Shown: positions 54,005 to 64,000 of the stretch, piece after piece | How positions within the stretch are numbered: position 1 is the first letter of the stretch | Layout: every line of letters begins with the position of its first letter | NCBI GenBank assembly: GCA_036245315.1 | Contig: BTIF01000001.1 | Span: 20,788 to 84,787, forward strand | DNA from: Endomicrobiia bacterium | Lineage (GTDB): Bacteria > Elusimicrobiota > Endomicrobiia > Endomicrobiales > Endomicrobiaceae | DNA: 64,000 nucleotides | Direction of reading: 5' to 3' | Translations under genes and position numbers: made by a program | The notes under the pieces: generated by a model | The model's database searches: none | Told to the model about the DNA's origin: nothing | What the model saw: the letters and a program-made list of their open reading frames with translations, nothing else

Positions 54005-55096
54005 CTACCTCAATTTCAGAGATGCAAAAGAAAATATTGCGAGAATTATACCTACTATCCAGAATCTTATTGTAACTTTCGTTTCAGATATTCCAAGCAT
54101 TTCAAAGTGATGATGTATTGGTGCCATTTTAAACACTCTTTTTTTTACTCTTTTATAATAAAATATTTGTATAAGTACGGAAAGTGCTTCAATAAAAAAA
54201 ACACCTCCCACAAAAACTAAAATTATTTCCTGCTTTATAAATACTGATGTTATACCTAGTATTCCACCTAAAAATAAACTTCCAGTATCACCCATGAAGA
54301 TTTCTGCAGGGTGTGAATTGTACCACAGAAATCCAAGGCATGATCCCACAACTGCAAATAGAAAGATTGATATTTCTTCAGCTCCAGTTACATTTATAAT
54401 TTTCAAATAACTTGATATATGTGAGTGACCAGAAAAGTATGCGAACAAAGCGAGTGTAAAAGCTGAAATAGTTATATTACCCACTGCAAGCCCATCAAGT
54501 CCATCTGTTAAATTTACAGCATTTGAGCTACCTACAACTATAATGACTACTAACAGTATGTATAGAAAATGAAAGTTCATAAAAAAGTTTTTTAAAAAGG
54601 GTATATTTACTAATGTTGTAAATTCAGAGTTTGGAGGGAAGAAACTTAAATATATGGCTAATAATGCAGAAAAAATTGCTTGGCCAAAAAGTTTACCTTT
54701 TTTTGAAAGTCCTTTTGTATTTTTTTTCTTAATTTTTAAGTAATCATCATAAAATCCCAAAAAAGCAAGCCATATGGTTCCTATTAAAAGCCAAATAATA
54801 AACCTGTTGTCAAGTCTGGTCCATAATAGTGTAGACACAGTTAGTGATAAGAATATGAGAATTCCTCCCATGGTTGGAGTATCATCTTTTTTTAAGTGTA
54901 TTGTGGGTCCATCAATTCTTACAACTTGTTTTATCTTAAAGTTTGATAATTTATTTATTATATAAGGACCGGTAATAAAACAAATTAAAAAGCTTGTCAA
55001 AATAGCTCCGCCTGACCTAAAGGTTATATATTGAAAAATTTTAAATGATGTAGTTGTAAATGTATTACTTAAATAGGAAAAAATATGATACAGCAT
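54005..55096 (-). CDS. mraY: Phospho-MurNAc-pentapeptide transferase
   Basis: TPTMGG, GFYDDY, NAVNLTDGLDGL, FMGDTGS, MAPIHHHFE. Confidence 0.97.
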   Translation of the reverse strand: MLYHIFSYLSNTFTTTSFKIFQYITFRSGGAILTSFLICFITGPYIINKLSNFKIKQVVRIDGPTIHLKKDDTPTMGGILIFLSLTVSTLLWTRLDNRFIIWLLIGTIWLAFLGFYDDYLKIKKKNTKGLSKKGKLFGQAIFSALLAIYLSFFPPNSEFTTLVNIPFLKNFFMNFHFLYILLVVIIVVGSSNAVNLTDGLDGLAVGNITISAFTLALFAYFSGHSHISSYLKIINVTGAEEISIFLFAVVGSCLGFLWYNSHPAEIFMGDTGSLFLGGILGITSVFIKQEIILVFVGGVFFIEALSVLIQIFYYKRVKKRVFKMAPIHHHFEMLGISETKVTIRFWIVGIILAIFSFASLKLR

Positions 55097-55097
55097 T

Positions 55098-56504
55098 TTA
55101 GGTATCTCTTTGCTTTAGAATGTTATGAAATTTTGTATAAATTTCTTCTAGTTTCATACCTCTTGAGGCTTTAAATAAAAACACAGAAATATGATCAATA
55201 GGAATTTGTCTGAGTTTTTTTAAAATAATGTTTGCTTCTTTTGTATAAAAAACCTTTTTATTAACTAAAGCTTCTTTTGTATATAAACTCATTTCACCTA
55301 TAAGATAGACAGAGTTTATGTTTTTTTGAGTATTGATAAATTTTCCAAGCTCAAAATGATAATCAATTGACTTATTGCCAAGTTCAAGCATATCGCCGAG
55401 TATAAGATTAATTTTTCTATCAATATAATGCTGTGATACTGCTTGTATTGTTTCTCTCATTGAAGATGGATTTGCATTATAGGCATCATTTATTAAAACT
55501 ACGCCACTTTTGGTTTTAATGGTTTCCATACGCATCTTAGGTAGTTTAAAGTTCTCTATTCCGTGTTTTATTTCATCAAGAGAAAATCCAAAACTAGTTG
55601 CACAAGCAGAAGCAGCTAAGGCATTTGATACATTAAATTTTCCTTTTGCTGGCATTTCAATTTTCACTGATTTTTTATTATAAAAAAGTTCAAAATTTAT
55701 TTTATCAAAAGATAATATTATGTTTTTCGCACAAATATCTGCATCCGTATCACAAGCAAAAGTTATAACTTTATGACTATTTTGTACTTTGCATGCCTTT
55801 TTTAGAAATTTATCGTCATTGTTTATAATAATAACACCATTTTCTTTTACATTATCGAATAAATTTTTTTTTTCTTCAAATACACCTTTAGGTGAAATAA
55901 AGGTTTTCAAATGCGAAAAACCTATATTTGTTATAATTCCTACATTAGGTCTTAATATGTCAGATAATATTTTGATTTCACCATGTAAGGATGTTCCCAT
56001 TTCAAAGACAGCATATTTAACAATTGAAGTTAGGTTAAGTACTGAAAGAGGAAGTCCTATCCTATTATTTAAATTATTTTCATTTGAAAGAGTCCCGGAT
56101 TTCTCATTAAAAATTGAAATTAGTATTTCTTTAGTTGTGGTTTTACCATTTGATCCTGTTATGCCGACTATTTGTGTATTTTGAAATCTAGCGATATATG
56201 TTTTTGCAAGTTTTCCTAGAGCGATAAGTGTATCATCTGTTTTAACAATTGAAAAAAGATTTGATAGAACCTTTATAGAATCAACTTCGCTTTTTGAGCA
56301 TACTATTGCAGTTGCACCTTTGATAATTGATTCCTTTATGAAATTATGACCATCATAACGATTTCCTTGTATTGCAAAATACACCTCACCTTCTTTTATT
56401 GTTCTTGAATCTATAGAAATACCTATTATAGGAAGATCAAGATTGCCTCTTATAAACTTTCCGTTAATAGCTTGTATTAAATCTCTAAGATAAAATGACT
56501 CCAT
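55098..56504 (-). CDS. murF: UDP-MurNAc-tripeptide:D-Ala-D-Ala ligase
   Basis: IDSR, ITGSNGKTTTKE, EMG, NDAYNANPSSM, GDMLELG, KASRG. Confidence 0.95.
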   Translation of the reverse strand: MESFYLRDLIQAINGKFIRGNLDLPIIGISIDSRTIKEGEVYFAIQGNRYDGHNFIKESIIKGATAIVCSKSEVDSIKVLSNLFSIVKTDDTLIALGKLAKTYIARFQNTQIVGITGSNGKTTTKEILISIFNEKSGTLSNENNLNNRIGLPLSVLNLTSIVKYAVFEMGTSLHGEIKILSDILRPNVGIITNIGFSHLKTFISPKGVFEEKKNLFDNVKENGVIIINNDDKFLKKACKVQNSHKVITFACDTDADICAKNIILSFDKINFELFYNKKSVKIEMPAKGKFNVSNALAASACATSFGFSLDEIKHGIENFKLPKMRMETIKTKSGVVLINDAYNANPSSMRETIQAVSQHYIDRKINLILGDMLELGNKSIDYHFELGKFINTQKNINSVYLIGEMSLYTKEALVNKKVFYTKEANIILKKLRQIPIDHISVFLFKASRGMKLEEIYTKFHNILKQRDT

Positions 56505-58034
56505 TTAAAAAGTAAACTCTTTTTGTTTAATTTGTTTTGATGTAATTTTTTTTCTCTTTTTTATATCAATGTATTTTTTAGCGATTTTAATATCATTGAA
56601 GTTGATTTTTTCAGTACCCATAATTTGATAAGTTTCATGCCCCTTACCGGCAATTAAAATAATATCGTCTTTACTCGCCATCATTAAGGCTTCTTTTATA
56701 GCTGTTTCTCTATCTACTATTATTTTATAATTCTCTTTGTTGGATTTTTTTATTCCAGTTTCTATATCTAAAATTATTTGATATGGATCCTCTGTTCTTG
56801 GATTATCAGACGTTATAAAAACGAAATCACTCATTTCCGAAGCTGTTTTACCCATTAACGGTCTTTTTTCTCTATCTCTATTACCACCACAACCAAAGAC
56901 AGTAATAATTCTTTTAAATTTTAAGCTTTTTAAGACTTGCAAAACATTTTTTAGAGCATCATTCGTATGTGCATAATCAATTGCTACTTCAAACCCCATT
57001 TCCTTTGTATCAACTTTTTCGAGTCTTCCTGGAACATTCCTTAGGTTATTTAAACCTTTAAGGATTTTTTCTAAAGAAATTCCACTATAAATAGCAACAA
57101 TAAAAGCTGCTATAGCATTGTAAATATTATGTAACCCCATATGGTTTATTTCGACTTTTACCTTTTCATTATTAAAAAATAAATCAAATATGCTTCCTTT
57201 GTTTGTAATTGTAATGTTTTTAGCTTTAAAATTTGCTGTATTTCCCTCTAAGGTAGAGTAGAGCTTAATTTCTGCATTGATTTTTGTTTTTGATAATTTT
57301 CTCCCATAGGGGTCATCAATATTTATTACAGCATATTTTTTTGTCCTTTTTTTATACATCCTTAATCTTTTAAATAATATCGATTTAGCTTCAAAATAGT
57401 TATCCTCGTTTTTGTGAAAATCTAAGTGATCTTGTGTTAAATTTGTAAAAACTGCTATATCGAAATCTATACCATACACTCTACCTAGACTTAAAGCATG
57501 TGAGGATACCTCCATTATAAGATATTTAATATTATTATCTACCATTTCTCTCATAATTCTGTAGATATCTAATGATTGTGGCGTCGTATTATCTCCATTA
57601 ATAACTTTGTTTTTATATCTGTAGTTAATTGTACCTATGACTCCACAATCAATATTTGAATTAATAAATATACTTTCAAGCATATAAGCAGTTGTTGTTT
57701 TGCCATTTGTGCCGGTTATGCCTATAATATTTAACTCCTTGTCTGGATAGTTGTAGAATTTTGCACAAAAAATTGACATGAAATGAAAGATATCTTCAAC
57801 AATAACTTGAGTTACATTGTTAGTGTCATATTTTGTATTTGTAATGATTACAGAAGCACCTCTTATTATTGCTTCACTTATGTATTTTCTTCCATCAGTA
57901 TTATAACCTGGAAGAGCAAAAAAAGCATAATTTATATCTATTTTTCTAGAATCGTACGATATTTCAGACACTTCGGTATTATTGTCGCCTATAATAGTTA
58001 CATTTTCATTTTGTAAAAGATTTTTTAATTTTAT
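56505..58034 (-). CDS. murE: UDP-MurNAc-dipeptide:meso-DAP ligase (probable ATA start at 58034; first standard start GTG 57971)
   Basis: YDSR, ITGTNGKTT, MEVSSH, DHLDFH, DYAHT, DNPR (DAP-type), AGKGHE. Confidence 0.95.
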   Translation of the reverse strand: MKLKNLLQNENVTIIGDNNTEVSEISYDSRKIDINYAFFALPGYNTDGRKYISEAIIRGASVIITNTKYDTNNVTQVIVEDIFHFMSIFCAKFYNYPDKELNIIGITGTNGKTTTAYMLESIFINSNIDCGVIGTINYRYKNKVINGDNTTPQSLDIYRIMREMVDNNIKYLIMEVSSHALSLGRVYGIDFDIAVFTNLTQDHLDFHKNEDNYFEAKSILFKRLRMYKKRTKKYAVINIDDPYGRKLSKTKINAEIKLYSTLEGNTANFKAKNITITNKGSIFDLFFNNEKVKVEINHMGLHNIYNAIAAFIVAIYSGISLEKILKGLNNLRNVPGRLEKVDTKEMGFEVAIDYAHTNDALKNVLQVLKSLKFKRIITVFGCGGNRDREKRPLMGKTASEMSDFVFITSDNPRTEDPYQIILDIETGIKKSNKENYKIIVDRETAIKEALMMASKDDIILIAGKGHETYQIMGTEKINFNDIKIAKKYIDIKKRKKITSKQIKQKEFTF

Positions 58035-58051
58035 AGTTCGTATCCTATTAA

Positions 58052-59743
58052 TTAATTTTTATCGTCCTTTATAATATCTAAATATTGTGCCGTTCTTTTA
58101 GCTATATTTGCAAAAACTGGTGATGCAACTGAAGAAGCATAATAATTTGCACTTTTTGGTTCATCAATGATAACGAGTATTACAATTTCTGGATTCATTG
58201 CAGGTACCATGCCACAAAAGGAAGCAATATAATATTTGAGAGAATAGGTTTTCGTTGTAGGATCAAACTTCTGTGCTGTTCCTGTTTTCCCTCCAACGGT
58301 ATATCCAGGGATTTTTGCACTTTTACCAGTACCAAAATCCACAACATTTTTTAAAAGTTTTTTTAATGTTTGTGCAGTTTCAATTGAAACCACTCTTCGT
58401 ATTTCTTTGGGATTACAAATATTCTCAATCGTTTTGCTATCATTTTTTTCTATATATTTTACAGAAGGTTTTACTAATATTCCATCGTTTGCAATAGCAG
58501 AGAAAGCATTTATCATCTGAATTGCTGTAACTCCTATACTTTGTCCAAAAGAAATTGTTGGTAGAGATAAAATATCCCATTTTTTAACATCTTTTAAAAG
58601 CCCTTTTGCTTCATCTGGCAGATCAATACCTGTTAAAGAGTAGAATCCAAATTTTCTTATATATCTGTATAAATTTTCTTTCCCAAGTTTTTGTGCGATT
58701 TTTACCATAGCTATGTTTGATGATTGTTCTAGAGCTTTACTTAATGAAACACAATCTTTAATTTTATGATTGTCTTTTATGGTATGATTTGCAATTTTAT
58801 ATTTCCCATTTTCTAAATAAAAGATATCTGAAAGTTTTATTTTTTTTTCTTCTAGTGCCGCAGAAACAGTGATGATTTTGAAAGTTGATCCAGGTTCATA
58901 AATATCACTTATTGCTGAATTTTTTAAAATATCAATATCTTTGATCTTAATAGAAGAGTCAAAGTCAGGTAAAGAAACCATTGCAAGAATATTTCCAGTT
59001 TTAGGATCTTGAACTATACATATAGCTTTTTTTGCTTTATATTTGTCAAAGGTTTTTCGTAATTCTTGTTCTGCTATAAACTGTATGGTACGGTCTATAC
59101 TAAGTTTAATATTCTGTCCACAAATTTTAGTTTTATCCACAAATTTATCTTGTATTATATGTCCGCGCCCATCTCTTCTGTTTTTGGTTATAATGTTGTT
59201 TCCGGATAAAATTCCATTGTATTCTTTTTCAATACCCGCCAAACCGCTTCCATCATAGCCTGTTATTCCAAGGATATGGGCAAGAAGTTTTCCCTCTGGA
59301 TATTGTCTTATATATTTATTTTCGAATCCGATACCTTTTAATTTTTCATTCTTGATCTTATCGACAAGCTTGGTGTCAACATTAAAAGCAATTGGAACGT
59401 AAGATGTTTTCCCAAATTCATTTAAATTTTTCTCTTTAATCTTTATTCCATTTTTAGATAAAATATTTTTTAATTTGCAGAAATCTTCTATTATTTTGGG
59501 GTCGAGAAATATATTGTATTTTTTTATACTTGAAGCAAGAATATTTCCTTTTGAGTCTAAAATATCACCACGTTTTGCTACTTCGATATTTTTACGATTT
59601 ATCATTTTCTCAACCGTAGTATTTATTCTAGTGTGTAAAAAAATTTGAATGAGTGTAAGTTTTATAAATAAAACAAAAAAGAATATAAAAACTACAAGTG
59701 TAAGTAATATTTTTCTATCAATTTGTTTCGTATTTTTTATCAT
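58052..59743 (-). CDS. ftsI: Class B penicillin-binding protein FtsI/PBP3
   Basis: N-terminal TM, RGDILD, RQYP, EPGSTFK (SxxK), SSN, KTGT. Confidence 0.93.
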   Translation of the reverse strand: MIKNTKQIDRKILLTLVVFIFFFVLFIKLTLIQIFLHTRINTTVEKMINRKNIEVAKRGDILDSKGNILASSIKKYNIFLDPKIIEDFCKLKNILSKNGIKIKEKNLNEFGKTSYVPIAFNVDTKLVDKIKNEKLKGIGFENKYIRQYPEGKLLAHILGITGYDGSGLAGIEKEYNGILSGNNIITKNRRDGRGHIIQDKFVDKTKICGQNIKLSIDRTIQFIAEQELRKTFDKYKAKKAICIVQDPKTGNILAMVSLPDFDSSIKIKDIDILKNSAISDIYEPGSTFKIITVSAALEEKKIKLSDIFYLENGKYKIANHTIKDNHKIKDCVSLSKALEQSSNIAMVKIAQKLGKENLYRYIRKFGFYSLTGIDLPDEAKGLLKDVKKWDILSLPTISFGQSIGVTAIQMINAFSAIANDGILVKPSVKYIEKNDSKTIENICNPKEIRRVVSIETAQTLKKLLKNVVDFGTGKSAKIPGYTVGGKTGTAQKFDPTTKTYSLKYYIASFCGMVPAMNPEIVILVIIDEPKSANYYASSVASPVFANIAKRTAQYLDIIKDDKN

Positions 59744-59876
59744 ATGTAATCATATGTATATGTTATTTAAATTCATACTTATAGTTTTAGAATCTGTAGT
59801 TCCTATATAATTAGTTGATTCATTTACGTTAAAAATATAGAGAAGTTAAAAAATAAACACATATGAAAGAATAAAA

Positions 59877-60128
59877 TTAGTCAATATAGACTATAGAATT
59901 TTCATCTGGAGTTGAAAGATTTTTTTCTTTAGCAATTTTGTCCATTTTCTCAAGTGCAAGTATCGAATTGATTTTTAATTTTAAAGAATCATTTTCTGAG
60001 TTAATTTTGTCGTATTCAGCTTGCAAGGTACTTACTTTATAAGCATATCTTATGGAAGTATTCTGTTGCCAAAGATAAATAAAAATACTTAAAATTATTA
60101 TTATAAACAGTAAAAACGGTTTATACAT
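59877..60128 (-). CDS. ftsL: Cell division protein FtsL
   Basis: TM helix plus coiled coil ending KIAKEKNL..P; between rsmH and ftsI. Confidence 0.75.
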   Translation of the reverse strand: MYKPFLLFIIIILSIFIYLWQQNTSIRYAYKVSTLQAEYDKINSENDSLKLKINSILALEKMDKIAKEKNLSTPDENSIVYID

Positions 60129-61002
60129 TTATTTTCTCTACTACCCTCATTTTTGCACTTCTACTTTTGTAATTGTTTTTTATCTCCTTCTTTGAAGGTG
60201 TAATAATTTTTTTTGTAATTATTTTATATATTTTATAGTTAGAGTTGTGTTTAAAATTCTTTTTTACTATCCTATCTTCTAGAGAGTGGAAACTTATTAT
60301 AGCTATTCTTCCTCCTGTATTTAATAGCTTGGGAATCTCAAATAATAAAGTCTCAAGATTTTTAAGTTCATTATTTATAAAAATCCTTAGAGCTTGAAAA
60401 ACTTTTGTTGCTGGATTTTTTTTACTCTTGATTTTTTTAACGGAGTGGATTATTTTTTGAAGTTCAATTGCAGTGTCTATTATCATCGTTTTTCTGCGTA
60501 GAATGATAGCTTTAGCAATTTGTCTAGATTTGTACTCCTCTCCATATGTATAAAAAATATTAGCTAAATCTTCAGATGAGTAAGAGTTAATTATTTCTTT
60601 TGCTGTTAACTTATTTCTATTGTCCATTCTCATATCAAGAATGTCAGAATTAAAAGAGAAACCTCTATCTAAATTTCCTAATTGTTTTGACGAGACCCCT
60701 AGATCAGCTAAAACACCATCAACTTTACTTATATTTATTTTTAACAAGGATTCCCTTATGTTCTTGAAATTTTCTCTTATAAATATTACTCTGTTACTAA
60801 AATCTTCTTCTTCAAAAAATCTTTTTGAGACCTCCTCATCCCAGTCAAAAGCAACTATTTTAATATTTTTGAAGTTGTTGAGTAAGTATAATGTGTGTCC
60901 TCCATCTCCAAAAGTACAGTCAATATATAAGCCGTTAGGGTTATTTACTAAATAATGTGATACTTCTAGAGGCATTACTGGAACATGATACATTTGAAAC
61001 AT
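60121..61002 (-). CDS. rsmH: 16S rRNA m4C1402 methyltransferase
   Basis: HVPVM, DCTFGDGGH, DLGVSS.Q, LDMRM, FQALRI, ISFHSLEDR, SRSAKMR. Confidence 0.96.
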   Translation of the reverse strand: MFQMYHVPVMPLEVSHYLVNNPNGLYIDCTFGDGGHTLYLLNNFKNIKIVAFDWDEEVSKRFFEEEDFSNRVIFIRENFKNIRESLLKINISKVDGVLADLGVSSKQLGNLDRGFSFNSDILDMRMDNRNKLTAKEIINSYSSEDLANIFYTYGEEYKSRQIAKAIILRRKTMIIDTAIELQKIIHSVKKIKSKKNPATKVFQALRIFINNELKNLETLLFEIPKLLNTGGRIAIISFHSLEDRIVKKNFKHNSNYKIYKIITKKIITPSKKEIKNNYKSRSAKMRVVEKINV

Positions 61003-61073
61003 ACTCGCACTAAAGGATAATAATTTGTCATATAAATATACTTAATATTAATTATAGTTAATTAGTATTATTC

Positions 61074-61425
61074 TAGAGACGGATTATACACCGAATTTTG
61101 TCTTTTAAAATGATGATTAAAAGTGCAATCATTTCTCTGCCGTTAAAATCACTTTTAACGGTCAAGCGACTATAATTCAGTCTTGCTTTATAGTAAGGCT
61201 TTAGCCGTTTCACTTTTTGCATTACTGCAAAAACTTATCCTTTTGTATATTATTGTTAGGATACTTTTTTTGTTTCCAAAAAAAACGTCTCTGTTCGCAC
61301 CTCTACTCTTAAGAGTGATAGGTATTACCTACTACCATTTTCTGCAATATCATTTTCTGCAGCTAAAGTTCGGACTTTCCTCTTTACAATGAAATAAGTG
61401 TAAAGCGATTGCATATCCGTCTCTA
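61074..61425 (-). ncRNA. rnpB: RNase P RNA (bacterial)
   Basis: Terminal P1 pairing TAGAGACGGA / TCCGTCTCTA, 5' GAGGAAAGTCCGAAC, internal GTGCGAACAGAGA, GTGAAACGGCTAAAGCC..AAGCAAG, 3' GACAAAATTCGG. Confidence 0.92.
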
Positions 61426-61436
61426 TATATATTTAA

Positions 61437-62156
61437 TCAATTTTTTAATAGTATTCTAGAGCAATTGTCGCAAAAGACAAGATCACGATATTTTTGTAGC
61501 TGATTTATTAATTGTGGCCTTAATAACATTCCACAACCTCCGCAACTTTCGCCATCAATTATACAAATCATTTTTTCGTTACGACCATCATCACGTAACC
61601 TTTCATATTGTGATAAGATAGTTTTATTAACTTTTAGTTTTTGCTCTTCCCTTTCTTTTTCTATTTCATTTATTTCTTTTTCAAGTCTTTTTGTAAAGCT
61701 TTTGATTTCATATATTTCATTTTTGATTTTTTGTTCAATTTCTTTTAATTCATTCTCATTAGTCTTAACAATTATATATTCTTTGTCTATTTTTTCCATA
61801 AGTTCTAAAATTTCGTCTTCGAGGATATTTTTGTATTTTTTTGTTTTTTCTATTTCTGAAAGTAATATTCTGTAAGTGTCGTTTGATTTAACAATATTTA
61901 ATTCCGCTAAATATTTATTAATTTTTTTTTCCTTTGAGTCAAGTAATGCTTCTTTCTCATTTTTTAAAGAATTTAATCTAATAAAATTTTCATTTTTGAT
62001 TTTCAAGCTAATCTTTTTGTTTTCTAGTTCTAAAGTTTTCTTTTTCTTTTCAATCTCAAAAGGAATTTTATTGATTTTTTCTCTGAGATTATATATTTTG
62101 ACATCGCACTCCTGTAATTCATATAACAGCTCTAAATCTTGCTTTAAATTTTTCAT
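61437..62156 (-). CDS. Coiled-coil protein with C4 zinc ribbon (DUF164/CT398-like)
   Basis: L.ELQ..D start, long coiled coil, CGGC...CDNCSRIL; such genes often lie next to rnpB. Confidence 0.85.
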   Translation of the reverse strand: MKNLKQDLELLYELQECDVKIYNLREKINKIPFEIEKKKKTLELENKKISLKIKNENFIRLNSLKNEKEALLDSKEKKINKYLAELNIVKSNDTYRILLSEIEKTKKYKNILEDEILELMEKIDKEYIIVKTNENELKEIEQKIKNEIYEIKSFTKRLEKEINEIEKEREEQKLKVNKTILSQYERLRDDGRNEKMICIIDGESCGGCGMLLRPQLINQLQKYRDLVFCDNCSRILLKN

Positions 62157-62186
62157 TTATACCTTTTGATAATATGTTTATGACAT

Positions 62187-62258
62187 TGGGTAGTACAGGA
62201 CTCGAACCTGCGACCACTCACGTGTGAGGAGAGTGCTCTTCCACTGAGCTAACTACCC
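62187..62258 (-). tRNA. tRNA-Val(CAC)
   Basis: GGGTAGTTAGCTCAGTGGAAGAGCA-CTCTC-CTCACAC-GTGAG...GGTTCGAGTCC..ACTACCCA; one U-U mismatch in the anticodon stem. Confidence 0.88.
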
Positions 62259-62337
62259 ACTTTTAAGTATTACAGCAAATTTTATAAATCTACAATTAAA
62301 AACTCTTGATTTATCGATAGCTTCGTCAGATTTTATT

Positions 62338-62411
62338 TGGGCCTGGTAGGACTTGAACCTACGACCATTCGATTATGAGTCGAGTGCTCTAACCAACTGA
62401 GCTACAGGCCC
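62338..62411 (-). tRNA. tRNA with CAT anticodon, probably tRNA-Ile2 (lysidine)
   Basis: GGGCCTGTAGCTCAGTTGGTTAGAGCA-CTCGA-CTCATAA-TCGAA...; G1-C72 paired and no GGG/CCC anticodon stem, so not initiator; acceptor resembles Ile tRNAs. Confidence 0.85.
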
Positions 62412-62572
62412 GCTAAGTGAATATAAGTGTCTTACTAAGATCACTTTAGATTGTACTCAAAAAAACCACATCAAGTCAAATAAATTCTTTCTAGTTATTA
62501 TTTAAGGAATTATAGTAAAAAATATTACTTTGTATTAATTTTCATTTTAATATTTTACTATTAATGATAGGG

Positions 62573-64000
62573 CTATTTTATGGAATTGAACCATTCATTA
62601 GCATTGCTTTCAGTTGCCATTCTCCAATCACCACGTGGAGAAAGAGATATTGTTCCAACTTTTATTCCGTCTGGTACACAGTTACGTTTGAACTGATTTG
62701 CAAAAAAGCGCTTAATAAAAACTTTGAGATATTTTTTTATTTCCTCTTTACTATATTTATCTTTAAAAGCTCTTGTAGCGAGCATAAGCGTTTTGTCTGG
62801 AGCCTGTCCAAAACGTAAAGTATAGTATAGAAAGAAATCGTGAAGTTCAAATGGTCCTATTATATCTTCAGTTTTTTGTGAAATTTTTCCTTTGTTTGGT
62901 GGAAGAAGTTCAGGACTAATTTCTGTGTTTAGAACAGAAAGTAAAGCTTTTTTATATTTTTTAACTCTCTCAGATTCATAAGATATTATATATCTTACAA
63001 GGGTTTTAGGTATTGAAGAGTTTACGGCGTACATAGACATATGATCTCCATTATATGTACACCAGCCAAGTGCATTTTCGGATAAGTCGCTTGTACCAAT
63101 GACTAAACCTTTTTCTATATTGGCTATATCCATTAAAATTTGCGTACGTTCACGAGCTTGTGCATTTTCATATGCAATATCTTTCTTGTTTTCCATATGT
63201 TTTATGTTGTTTAAATGATTTTTAAGCATTTCATTTATTGGAATTTTTCTGATTTGTATCTCAAATGCTTCTGCAAGTTTTAAGACGTTTTCTATAGTTT
63301 GTGTACTTGTCCCAGGTCCAGGCATAGTAACAGCTATTATGTTTTTTTTGTTTCTATTTAAAATTTTATAACTTCTTAATATAACTAAGAGTGAAAGGCA
63401 AGAATCAAGTCCGCCAGAAACACCAATTACTGCATTGAGTCCTGTAAATTTTAACCTTTCCGCTAGGGCTCTTGACTGCATTTGAAGTATGAGTTCTACT
63501 CGAGAAGACACGGATTTTAAATTATTTGGAATAAAAGGTAAAGGAGAAATGTGGCGTATAAGTTTTGTACCTGTATTATCAAAATTAAATTCTACTATAT
63601 GATAGTTAGTAGTAGTTGAGCTGATTTTAAAAACATTAAGTCTGCGACGTTCATAGGCGAGTTGACAAGTGTCTATTTCACATATTGTAAGTCCATTCTC
63701 AAAAAGTTTACTCTCTATAAGGATTTTACCATTTTCAGCTATAATACGATGACCTGAAAAAATTATATCACTAACTGATTCACCACTTCCAGCAGAAGCA
63801 TAGACATAACCTGCTAATAAACGACCACTTTGTGATTTTATGAGAGTCTTTCTGTATTCACTTTTTCCTATAAGTTCATTAGATGCAGAAAGGTTTACAA
63901 TAATTGATGCTCCAGCCTGAGCGTGACGATTAGATGGTGGAGATATTACAAACATATCCTCACATATTTCAGCAGAAATTTTGACATTTTCATTGTTTTT
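62573..64000 (-). CDS. nadE: Glutamine-dependent NAD+ synthetase (5' part outside the window)
   Basis: AEICED, NLSASNE, GVSGGLDS, ENAQARERT, DLSE..LGWCTYNGDHMSMY, SPELLP, LSPRGDWRM. Confidence 0.95.
   Translation of the reverse strand, partial: KNNENVKISAEICEDMFVISPPSNRHAQAGASIIVNLSASNELIGKSEYRKTLIKSQSGRLLAGYVYASAGSGESVSDIIFSGHRIIAENGKILIESKLFENGLTICEIDTCQLAYERRRLNVFKISSTTTNYHIVEFNFDNTGTKLIRHISPLPFIPNNLKSVSSRVELILQMQSRALAERLKFTGLNAVIGVSGGLDSCLSLLVILRSYKILNRNKKNIIAVTMPGPGTSTQTIENVLKLAEAFEIQIRKIPINEMLKNHLNNIKHMENKKDIAYENAQARERTQILMDIANIEKGLVIGTSDLSENALGWCTYNGDHMSMYAVNSSIPKTLVRYIISYESERVKKYKKALLSVLNTEISPELLPPNKGKISQKTEDIIGPFELHDFFLYYTLRFGQAPDKTLMLATRAFKDKYSKEEIKKYLKVFIKRFFANQFKRNCVPDGIKVGTISLSPRGDWRMATESNANEWFNSIK

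Noticed and set aside
61183-61392. 69-aa ORF on +
   Set aside because: Falls entirely within the RNase P RNA gene on the opposite strand

Overview
AT-rich chromosomal window from a bacterium whose genome is being reduced. Gene order and protein style suggest an Endomicrobium/Elusimicrobiota-like symbiont (inference, not a database result). The window spans the replication terminus: nearly all genes left of ~32.9 kb are on + and all genes right of it are on -, and a 28-bp XerC/XerD dif-like site lies at the switch (32885-32912). Left arm: miaB, lytic transglycosylase, mutS-mutL-miaA-murJ-uvrC-ogt-lipoate ligase, two tandem membrane diguanylate cyclases, nrdJ-dcd-guaA, pstSCAB1B2-phoU, a corrinoid adenosyltransferase plus ABC importer, a PAP2 phosphatase and the carboxy(nor)spermidine decarboxylase/dehydrogenase pair. 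Right arm: asd, leuA and queA pseudogenes, a SpoIID/LytB protein, ruvCAB, yebC, an F-type ATP synthase operon, 4 tRNAs, uvrB, a dcw cluster that stops after murG, RNase P RNA and nadE. Most interesting: (1) two PstB paralogues with reciprocally degenerate ATPase motifs, implying an asymmetric heterodimer; (2) an ATP synthase operon that looks Patescibacteria-like; (3) eroded DNA where murC-murB-ftsQ would be expected; (4) cryptic gene ghosts (SpoVG-like, IS1595, restriction-modification, queA, leuA); (5) a probable AUA start for murE. I saw no CRISPR array, prophage or intact mobile element.
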